NCBI RefSeq assembly: GCF_006345805.1
Contig: NC_043003.1
Coordinates: forward strand, 22,754,001 to 22,818,000
Reading direction: 5' to 3'
Origin: Octopus sinensis
Lineage: Eukaryota
DNA: 64,000 bases
Made by a program: the position numbers and the translations under genes. This document shows, piece by piece, positions 53,310-64,000 of this stretch. The notes below the pieces were generated by a model. It saw only the letters and a list, made by a program, of their open reading frames with translations. It made no database searches and had not been told where the DNA came from. Position 1 is the stretch's first letter, and the number at the start of each line of letters is the position of its first letter.

Positions 53310-53474
53310 ATACCTACAGTACTCCGTCCTTTGCTTTCCTTCTTTTTTTTTCTTTAACAAACTTCTTTGTTTATACTATATGTTTTTATAATTTTGACGT
53401 AAACATTGATGCATGAGGATGGGACCATGTGGCAAATAAAGAATTATTGGTTTTAGTCTTATTACAAGACTTCG

Positions 53475-53760
53475 AGCCGGCAGAATCGTTAGCACACCAC
53501 ATATACTGCTTCGTGGCAGCTCGTTCGTCTTTACATTTTCGAGTTCAAATTCCACCGAAGTCGACTTTGCTTTTCATCCTTTCGGGCCTGATAAAATAAG
53601 CATCAATCGAGCACTTGTGTTGATGTATTTCACTAACGCCCTGCCCTGAAATGTCAGACCTTGCGCCTACATGCGATAAAATAAGTACGAATTGAAAAAG
53701 AGGGGCAATGTGACCGACCAGACCATCCCTCAAAAATTTCAGACTTTGTAATTGTAGCAG
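53475..53760 (+). mobile_element. Diverged family-B SINE with duplicated 3' part
   Basis: ggcagaatcgttagcac...gagttcaaattccaccgaagtcgactttgc. Confidence 0.7.
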
Positions 53761-53812
53761 AAATAATAATAATAATAATAATCATGATAATAATAATAAT
53801 AATAATAATAGC

Positions 53813-53868
<56 letters not shown>

Positions 53869-53971
53869 TAAGAAGAAGAAGAAGAAGAAGAATGATAATA
53901 ATAATAATCATATTAAAAATAATGATGAAAATAATAAGAATGATAATGATGATAAAATAATAATAATATTA

Positions 53972-54027
<56 letters not shown>

Positions 54028-54160
54028 ATTATTAATATTATTATTATTATTATTATTAATATTATTAATATTATTATTATTATTATTGTTATTAGTAGTA
54101 GTAGTAGTAGTAATAGTAGTATCATCATCATCATCATCATCATGATCAACATCATCATCG
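53760..54160. repeat. (AAT)n/(GAA)n/(ATT)n/(AGT)n/(CAT)n compound trinucleotide repeat
   Basis: Directly visible. Confidence 0.95.
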
Positions 54161-54687
54161 CCATTTTCTTGTTTTGTATGTTCCAATAATCACGGTCGAT
54201 TGATCTCAATATTCCAGAAATTCTAATGATATCTCCTAATCGCATTAAAATATGCTTAATGAAACGTCAGATGAATTTTTATTAATATGTAACATCTTTA
54301 ATTCTTCTGGACGTGCAACTGATACAGATGTTTTCCGTGGTTTTATGTATGTTTTTAAACGATGCCGAGTACATGTGTACGAACTGGAATATCAGTGACA
54401 AGCGAGGATTACTGATGAAAGAAAGAAAATAAAGAAACGAACAAACAAGGCTTTGAGGAGAGTATTTCATTTGGTATATCATCCTCCGTGGAAACGCATA
54501 CATGAACACGTAGCTTTCATTTCATAACATACATGCACAAAGATACACACACATATATATACTTATATATGTGTGTGTATCTGTACGTGTGCGTGTAGAT
54601 ATGTATAACTATATATATATATATATATATAAGCAAGCGTCTTACCACACAGCCACTCCTACGCCTATAGGTCAATGAACCTATATA

Positions 54688-54754
<67 letters not shown>

Positions 54755-54755
<1 letters not shown>

Positions 54756-55147
54756 TCTTTACTTGCTTCAGTCATTTGACTGCGGCAATGCTGGAGCACC
54801 GCCTTTAGTCGAGTAAATCGACCCCAGGACTTATTCTTTGTCAGCCTAGTACTTATTCTATCGGTCGCTTTTGCCGAACCGCTAAGTTACGGGGACGTAA
54901 ACACACCTGCATCGGTTGTCAAGCGATGTTGGGGAGACAAACACAGACACACAAACATACACACATACATATACATATATATATATATACATATATACGA
55001 CGGGCTTCTTTCAGTTTCCACTCACAAGGCTTTGGTCGGCCCGAGGCTATACTAGAAGACACTTGCCCAAGGTGGGAGGCAGTGGGACTGAACTCGGAAG
55101 CATGTGGTTCATAAGCAAGCGACTTACCACACAGCCACTCCTACGCC
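54755..55147 (-). mobile_element. Family-A SINE
   Basis: Full reverse-complement match. Confidence 0.9.
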
Positions 55148-57262
55148 TATAGGTCAATGAACCTATATATATAAAGTATGTACGTGTGTGTATGTTTATG
55201 TATAGTTATCTGGTTTTCTTCAGCCACTATGAAAACAACATTGACGTAATGTTGTATACCAAAGAAAAAAAAACTGAAAATGAAAAAGGAAGATATTTAT
55301 GAACACACCCCAACTAATCCTAGTTGTTGGATACGACGTTGCTGAAGACAGTAGCAATATTCCATGCTTTCCAGTATGGTTTGCTTTCCTCTTGCCAATC
55401 AAACAAGGAACCACTTCAGTGCCCTGAGCATGTTCGTAACCAACTCGTATCTCTAACTGTGCATGCGTCTATTATGAAACCAAACATAGCCACACACACA
55501 CACAGAGTCGAGAAAGCGTATAAGTGCCCAGCACTAAGCTACTGCGGCTTTGATGCTGGCTCACTGGAAATCCTATATTCTGGTTTGTTTGGACAACTGC
55601 TTACAAATTTGATCTGGCATTCTGGTTTTTTGTAAACTGATGAGATTATAAAATGCTTGCACAAACAACGAAGTCTGAGAGATGACCTACTAGCCAAGAT
55701 TCTGTATATCACACCTCTACTTTCTGGAACGGTGATGACAACGATAAACCATGTGGTCAAATTTGTTTCAAATTTACGTGGGCTCTCGTCTGGTTCAACT
55801 ACATGGTATCTTGAGAATATAATTCTTCTATAGTTTCGGTTTGATTAATATGTAAATGAAATTGATAAAGAGTAAACTCTACTGAATACCATTGTATATG
55901 TGAGTATGTATGTTTATATCCAGCTTTATGTGTAAAGCCGTTTGAAAACATGTTTTTTCTTATGTCACGCAACTCAGTAATACGAGTAATAAAGATAAGT
56001 AAAAATAAACTCAACACATAAAAAAAAGAAAACCGGGATTGAAGTGATTGACTAAAGCCAGCTCAATAATAATAATGATAATAATAAAAATAAAAGTAAC
56101 AGTCTATAGCAGTGTGTGATAGTGTATATACATGTTAAATGTTCTCGAATGTTTTAATCGAAACTTCTCAATACAAGAAAAGAATACACATGAGACATGA
56201 GAAAATAAAGGTTCTGTTGATCAAAAACTCTCTTCCGCAAATTTTCACATCAGATACTCATACAGCAATGGCTTAAAAAAAACTAGAACAAAATCGTCCT
56301 GCAATATTTAAAAGTTATTTGGACTCAGTGTTAGATTTAACAATGTATATCTTAGTTTTGTGCCTCGTAATCCGCACAGGCTTCAAAATAATTAAAAGGT
56401 GTACATGCTTTTAGTTAATATGAAGCATTCTGGTACAATACTTTAACGAGAAACCAAGAAACTTTATGTAGTTATACAGTTTATGGTTTCACCAAGTATA
56501 AAATCCGGCTCTACCTACAATCAATTTATCTACCATTGTAGTTCAAGATCCCTGCCACTGATTGGGGTTTTAACAATGCTCATCCTTAGATTTATCCATC
56601 GTCCCGCATTTTGTCAAAAATAAGAGAGAATAAAATAGTAAATTATCTTAAACAAATTATGTTCTTCCATCCACTATGTACTCTTTCATTAGATATTAGC
56701 GAGGACAAGTGCCCACTAAGTTAAATTATAATGGAAATTACTAAAGGAGGAAACCTATATGATGGAATTATGCGGTGTCTTGGCGCATCGTCAATCATGT
56801 TGCCGCTCACTGATAACACAATATCCTTCACATATACAACCGAGGAATATATTTTGAAAATAGTATTTAAAATATAAATATTTTATTTGGTTTAAAAGTT
56901 AATTTCTTAGTAAAATTGTGACCTCTCTCGTATTCCTGGTCCCAGACCTGCCAAACACTCTTACGATAATTGCCGGTCCCAACTGAGTGCTCAACGCCCC
57001 CAAGAGAAAGCTATCGTGTAAGCTACAAATCAATAATGTTAGTTCCCCAATAAACCATCGGTGAAAAGATTCAATCATGACATAATAGCCCCCAAAATTT
57101 GTTATTCCAGATATTGGAGATGATAATTAAACGGAAACAAACATTAAAAAAGCTAGGTTCCAGGACATATTGCAAAGACAAGACGCAAGACAGAAAGAGT
57201 TAAACCCAGAAAGTGGGGTGCCAATGTAACGATACTCACCATTACACACACACATGTATATA

Positions 57263-57311
<49 letters not shown>

Positions 57312-57312
57312 G

Positions 57313-57673
57313 TGGCACCACCCTCGGTTACGACGACGAGGGTTCCAGTCGATCCGATCAACGGAACACCCTGCTTAAGAAATTAATGTGCAAGTGCACT
57401 TCAGAGACACGTGTACCCTTAAAGTAGTTCTCGGGGACTTTCAGCGTGACACAGTGTGTGTCAAGGCTGGCCCTTTGAAATACAGGTACAACAGAAACAG
57501 GAAGAAAGAGTGAGAGAAAGTTGTGGGGAAAGAGTACAGCAAGTTTCGCCACCACCCCTTGCCGGAGCCTCGTGGGGGTTTAGGTGCTTTCGCTCAAAAA
57601 ACATTCACAGCGCCCGGTATGGGAATCGAAACTGTGATCCTACGACCGCGTGTCCGCTGGGCCATTGCGCCTT

Positions 57674-57676
<3 letters not shown>
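57313..57676 (-). mobile_element. Family-D SINE
   Basis: Reverse complement of 13378-13765. Confidence 0.88.
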
Positions 57677-57713
<37 letters not shown>

Positions 57714-57978
57714 TATATATATATATTATATATATATATATATATATATTAACAATTGAGGATAAAATCTTTAAAAGAAATTATCAGTAGTTAGCGTGAA
57801 AAACCTCGTAAATGCATATTCTGCATTAAATGCGAAATCACAGGTGATATGTAACTGAATTCTTTTTTAAAATGATTTGCTTTGAAGTTTTGCATTCGGT
57901 AAAATTTAGTTTATTTTAGTAGTTTTGACCGCATTGGTCCCTCTTAGCGTGTGGTATCTACGAATAGTAGTACCCTCA

Positions 57979-58080
<102 letters not shown>

Positions 58081-58169
58081 TGACGGAGAGAATGCATTTG
58101 AGAACCAATATATAGATTTATATGTGCTCGGGTGTTTGTTAGTTAAGGTTAAAGAAGAGAAAAGCTTAC

Positions 58170-58697
58170 CTAAATTCTGTCACGTGTTCAAAGTTTCCTC
58201 GACAACGTTAACGGCTAATCCCCGGTAAAAAATCCTTGATTATGATAACAAGTCTTCTAGAGACTTGATATAATGGCTCAAGAGAATGGCTTAATAATGC
58301 AGAAGCTAGTTAAATATATTTGAGATTATATGAAGGTTGAAAGCTATGGGTATAACACATAGGCGTTTCACCACAATCTCTGATAGAGTATGAGTGGCGG
58401 GCAGAGATTTAGTGGAAAAAAATTGGAGTAATGTACTGAAATGATTTGATCTCCGATTTCTTAATAGTGCTGGTGTTGCTGGTTGTGTAGCGGCGGTTAG
58501 CTTCAGCAACAGCAGCAGAAACAACGGCAACAGCAGCAGCAACTGTATTAGCAACAGCAGCAGCGTCGAAAAGTGTAATGTACGTTAGCTGACCACCAGA
58601 ATGCGTACTGAGGTAGAATTATCCACAAGAGGACCTCGCTGAGGAGTAAAGGAATTACTTAGTCCGGGTACACAGATTCCAGGTATATGTACCAGAT
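58170..58697 (-). other. Candidate non-coding exon (UTR or lncRNA)
   Basis: Long pyrimidine tract plus tttacag acceptor at 58698; tag|gtaagc donor at 58169. All three frames contain stops. Confidence 0.35.
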
Positions 58698-59144
58698 CTG
58701 TAAAGAGAAAAAAAAAGAAGAGAAAAGAGTGGTAATTAATATTTAACAAACATGGCGGTTTAATAAGCTAATCATCTGGCAAAAATATGAATTAACGTGT
58801 TCATGAATTAGATTAATAAAAACAAAAAGCTATTTATTAAAAGAGGCAAAAGAATTAAAAACACAAAATTGAATAAAAGAGCATTAGACAAGTTAAAATA
58901 TCGTTTTTAATTCTTTCATTCTAATTTTGGCACAAGGTCAGCGATTTGGAAGGCGGGCAAAATTGATCGCATCGACCTAGTCCTCGATTAGTACTTTACT
59001 TTATCGACTACGAAAGAAGGAAAGGCAAGGATTAGGACTCAGAACGTAAAGTGTTGGAAAAACAGAAAGACAGAGAATTAGACCAAAAGCAAAAGAAAAT
59101 TAAGATTGATACACACATATACACACACACATCTCTCTCTCTAT

Positions 59145-59224
<80 letters not shown>

Positions 59225-59504
59225 AAATATAAATATAAATATATAATATATATATATATATATTGATATATGTAAGATCACCAGCCCTCTTCCACACGCA
59301 CATGCAAACTCTCTTATACACGCACACGTGCACCTTCATTTTGGGATCACCACTACTTTATTATCTCCCCTTCTCCCTTCTCGCTAGCCACTACACATTT
59401 TATATTTTCTCTCCTTGTTTCTTTCTGTGGAAGAGCGTAGGCTCAAAACGTTAAAGACTTTTTCACTTCCCGAGCGTTATACTAATACATCTGTTTGTTG
59501 TCTA

Positions 59505-59722
59505 CATCAAGTGCCGAAAATGAGCTTTCTTATCTTCCAATTTAAAGGGTTACAGAATTAATACAGGTTATAGGAATATAAACCTTCTTCCACGAAAAGA
59601 TAGCTTAAACTGTGTTCTAAATGGAGGTGTAGTCAAATCCTATTTTATGGGCTCAACCATGTTCTAAAATAAGTCGAAAGGTAAGCTACTATAAATCGGC
59701 ACGAACTTTCCGGACAACCCAA
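59505..59722 (-). mobile_element. 5' end fragment of the mariner family at 35583
   Basis: Reverse complement of 35583-35800, including TIR and TA. Confidence 0.9.
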
Positions 59723-60234
59723 TATTTACACACACGCGCGCGCTTACGTATATATGTATGGCTGGATTATAGATTAAAAAGATATACATTTGAAAGGAGT
59801 ATGTGATATGTTTCACAGATTATATATAAGATATAGCTAAATTCTTGACCAATGCTCTTTAACCTTTCTCTTTTCTGTATTTGCACCCTTTAATAGTTCA
59901 CCTACGCGGAATCCACCCACACATGATGAGAAAAAAGTAGTCTTGTATAAAGTACAATCTGTTACATAACGCTAACAGCTTTAACATTAAAAAGATCTGC
60001 AAGATGAAGATGGAAAGCGAGCGAAATAGCAGCAGCAGCAGCGGCAACAACAACAACAACAACAACAACCATAACAACAACAACAACAATCGCCTTGTGT
60101 GAATAATGCTAAAGAATTTTTGAACTGAGATAATGTTTGCTCATAGGAATATCCAAATTTCGTGCAGAAATCGTCACACACTCCTGTGGTTCATAGATTT
60201 CCCAAGAACCTCTGACCTTGATTAAGCATACACC

Positions 60235-60266
<32 letters not shown>

Positions 60267-60309
60267 TGTATGTATGTATGTATGTATGTATGTATGTATG
60301 TATGTATAT

Positions 60310-60505
60310 TTCCACGGAGGTCGACTTTCCCTTTCACCCTTTCGGGGTCGATTAGATAAGTACCAGTTATGCACTGAGGTCGATGTAATCGACTTAACCC
60401 CGTTGCCTGTTATACCAATATTTGTCTCTTCATACATACATACATACATATGTAACATACCGCATAAATTCCCTCTATGTTTAGCCCCCTGTGGGTCATG
60501 ACAAT
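60310..60505 (+). mobile_element. 5'-truncated family-B SINE with Tx1-like tail, between (TATG)n and (TA)n
   Basis: gaggtcgactttccctttcaccctttcggggtcgat...ccctctatgtttagccccctgtggg. Confidence 0.75.
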
Positions 60506-61514
60506 ATATATATATATATTTATATATAAGTATGTATATTCATATATATGTGTGTGTGTGTGTGTGTGCGCGTGTGTGTGTGTGTGTGTGTGTGTGTATA
60601 CACATAAACTTCAGAACTATTAATATGTAACTGAATTCGAACTTTTACCCCTTGCTTTACATTTGACAACCCCACCGTACAAAATAAAGAGAGAAAGAGA
60701 GTGAGAGGGAGAGAGTGTGAGAGAGAGAGTGAGAGAGAGTGAGTGAGAGAAGCGGATTTCTATATGTTAGAAAACAGTTGTATATGATAGTAAAAAGTTA
60801 TAACTCATTTTTAATTTCGGAATTAAAGTACAAAGTTCGTTCGTAATCCTCTTGCCAATTATAAACAACCTTCGGTTGTTGGTCAAAGATAGGGCATCAC
60901 TGCAATTTATAATAATTCTACAACACAGCTTGATATTAGTTTTAACGTTACTAAGCAAACCCTCACCCGTTTCAATGAGTTTCGTCGGTGAAAAACTTTT
61001 AAACGGTAGACATATGAAAGAATAAACGGTGTTAAATTATTCCAATCAAAAACTGTAAGTAAATTATGGTCTCAACCCAACAAAAGCAAAATTTACCTTT
61101 AATTTATTGCACTAGCTTCCAATCGATAATGTCGACAAAAATTACTTTCTGCTGTGAAATATATTACTTGTCTCAGGTTAATTTGTGTCTGGCCCCGAAT
61201 TAATAATGTCAAGGTACTTCTGAATAGTAATGTTATATAGATAAACGACAAGGGTGTTCATTTAAATATATTACGTTACCATAGATATTATTAATCTCAT
61301 GTCTTTTTTCTGTTTTGCTCAATTAACTTCCAGAATATTCTCTTTCTTAAATGAAGTGTCTAATATTAAAGAAGCTCTTCTTTTATGAATTTCATTTTCG
61401 TCTTTGTGAAGCAATGTCAGAACAGTTAATTGGAATCTTAATTGAAGTAATATTTATGTTTTAAAACTATTTGCTACTTGGATAAGTTCCACCACTTTAA
61501 CAACTTATATGACC

Positions 61515-62255
61515 TAGAGAAAAGCCTCTTATAATACATCGTTACCATAGAAGAGCCTTGGTTAGAGGGACTGGAAAAAAAGACGATAACATTGGGATTA
61601 GATATAGATTTGCCGAGAGTGGTGTAAAGACAGAATTCTAAGGCTAAATCAAGTTCCCTAGCCAGTGTGATCAAGAGAAAAACCTCTTATAATGCATCGT
61701 TACCATAGAAGAGCCTTGGTTAGAGGGACTGGAAAAAAAGACGATAACATTGGGATTAGATATAGATTTGCTGAGAGTGGTGTAAAGACAGAATTCTAAG
61801 GCTAAATCAAGTTCCTTAGTCAGTGTGATCAAGAGAAAAACCTCTTATAATGCATCGTTACCATAGAAGAGCCTTGGTTAGAGGGACTGGAAAAAAAGAC
61901 GATAACATTGGGATTAGATATAGATTTGCCGAGAGTGGTGTAAAGACAGAATTCTAAGGCTAAATCAAGTTCCTTAGCCAGTGTGATCAAGAGAAAAACC
62001 TCTTAAAATACATTCTTATTACAGAAGAGGCTAGTTCAGTGGGACTGCAAAAATATACGATAACATCGGGATAAGGCGTAGATTTTCGGAGAGTCGTATA
62101 AAAACAGAATCCGAAGGCTAAATCAAGTTCCCTAGTTATTAAATAAGAGCCTAATTCATTGGAACTGAAAAAATACCATATTGTTAGGATTAGATGTAAA
62201 TTTGCGGAGAATGGTATAAAGATAGAATCTGAAGGCTAAATCAAGTTCCCTATTT
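61515..62255. repeat. 158-bp tandem repeat: 3 near-identical and 2 diverged copies
   Basis: cctctta recurs at 61525, 61683, 61841 and 61999. gaaggctaaatcaagttccc recurs again in a fifth, shorter unit. Confidence 0.95.
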
Positions 62256-62369
62256 AGTGTCAACCCCTTTTAAAATAAATATAATTGTGAGATAGAACTA
62301 TACCACCAGGTAACTGGGTGCCGTCTCCGACTAATAGGCAATGAATATTTAATGTAATAGATGTGCGGG

Positions 62370-62830
62370 TATTCAATTCAATTTTTATTGGCTCAAAAAG
62401 CAAAAGCAAGGCCATGTAGGGGGACAGGGAGTTATGTACAGGGAGGGTGGTCATACAAAGAGTTCAGGCTATTTTTGGTCAAGAGAGACTTTGAACCGAG
62501 CGGTCGTCGGTATTCTGAAAATACCCCATGGAGTGATGACCGTGGCCTGTATAGTTACCGGTTGCCCTTTGGCAAGGTATAGCACCCGTTTAAACACAGA
62601 GATTCGGAAAATACATGGGACTGCAGCATAGTGGATTGGGAAGAGGTAGCGAAGAGCTCAACTAAACCAACGGTGCTTGTTACATTGATGCTGAGCGGAG
62701 GAATCCTAGACGATCAACGGTCAGGATCAAGAAACTATCAAGAGAGTAACTGCAACGCATCAATAAGGCCGGCGTCTACGGTTGGGTAATTAGCTAATGA
62801 AAGATTCGCTGACTGAAGCTCCCAATTCAA
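62370..62830 (-). mobile_element. Possible non-LTR retrotransposon 3' fragment
   Basis: GC-richer block whose minus strand ends gagccaataaaaattgaattgaa. A preceding frame ends ..RFKVSLDQK*, weakly like CR1-type C-termini. Confidence 0.35.
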
Positions 62831-64000
62831 ATTCATAATAATGGAATTGGATGGCAGCAGAGAGCCATGAGAATCTACGAAAGCAGCGTGACCGAAGAAG
62901 TTTTAATATCAAATATGGCGACAAATGTCTGTGTAATTTCGATTCCCCATTCAGAATGTGGTAGAATTTTTCCGATCATTAATACATATTTTGTATCATT
63001 CAAATGGTGTAAATATTCTTTTTCCAACTGTCTTCCAACAAGTGGAATAAGTTTGCCCTAAGAAAAGCCGCAAACATACAATCGCAAAGTCCCATTCATT
63101 TCTTATATAATTTTGTAGAGCTGTCTGTTTATGAAATTACTCCGTATTGCAATATATTCGCCTAAGCTAAATTCCACAACCCAATAATGATTATCTATGA
63201 AAGAAAGAAAGGAAAAATACTAGACTTCATTCATTGCTTTATGCATCTTCTTTCGCAATCATCGAGGTGTGTGTCAGAAGCAATTATTACGTTATATAAC
63301 AGAAGTGTATTACAATACTAAAAACTTAACTTGTTTCCTATCAAATACGAACTTTTCCAGACACTTCTTCAAAGTGAGCCAACAAAAGAGTTTCTAAGCG
63401 GTTGATCGTCCTGCTAGAAATAGTGATCAAATTTCCTTTAAACCAAATTGCATCGTGTTAAAAAAAAAGCTGCAACACTCTGAATGATATAGCTATAGTT
63501 ATACAATGTTTGGTAAAGAAAATAAACAGCCAAGAGAGTTGCTTTTGATCATAACCTAATCTGAGAAAAAAAAAAGTGCCTATGAAGTCGTTTCAACTGC
63601 GCGAATAACAGTTAAATCACTTTTACAAAAGACGCAACACATTTCAATAAAAAAAAAAAATGAAAATAAAACACTCGCGGCAAAACACCACTGATCTTAT
63701 GATTGGGTTGTGCTGAACAGAAGCAGCAACAAGAACAACAGGAATAATCTTCTATCGAAGTAAAATTGCGAGGGTTACTAACACTCTATCCAGATCTGAG
63801 AGTAAGTTACAAAATTGAACGATAGTAAATACAGTAATAAACAGGTCTCCATCAGTTTCCACGAACAGTGCTCGATTGATCGGTTACGCTAATTCATTGA
63901 GCAGGAATGTGCCTACCTCTATTCCAGGCGGAATCTTTGCGAATCGGTGTGTGGCAAGGCCAACCCTTTGAATCCCTCGTAATATATATATATATATTGT

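Noticed and set aside
55324-55635. 103-aa ORF in non-repeat sequence
   Set aside because: Non-ATG start, no domain, and no convincing splice boundaries.
56953-56989. Twister-like words (aacactc...tgccggtcccaa..gagtg)
   Set aside because: Lacks the GCCCGG and GAGGG segments needed for the P4 stem and pseudoknots.
61515-62255. CRISPR-like or coding interpretation of the tandem array
   Set aside because: No unique spacers, eukaryotic context, and a period of 158 breaks frame.

Overview
AT-rich, microsatellite-laden eukaryotic DNA, intergenic or intronic. The SINE families resemble those I associate with Octopus or other cephalopods (inference). No host protein-coding gene is supported, and almost all ORFs in the track are microsatellite or SINE translations. 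Contents: (1) about 40 tRNA-derived SINE copies from at least four modular families, here named A-D; (2) a young 5'-truncated Tx1/L1-clade LINE (45207-47771) with RT, a CCHC finger and a 12-bp TSD, plus two 3' fragments of a sister family sitting in (TATC)n; (3) RTE fragments, one with a ~150-bp flanking duplication; (4) mariner, pogo/Tigger-like and hAT remnants and a non-autonomous Helitron; (5) a decayed Penelope-like element with an apparently intact hammerhead ribozyme; (6) a 158-bp tandem repeat. Most interesting: a SINE variant that carries the Tx1 LINE 3' tail and appears to insert at a fixed site inside its own tRNA-like head; a 105-nt, 72% GC rod-like hairpin at 26073-26177; (TATC)n-associated Tx1 ends; and the hammerheads. 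SINE boundaries are approximate because everything was read by eye.
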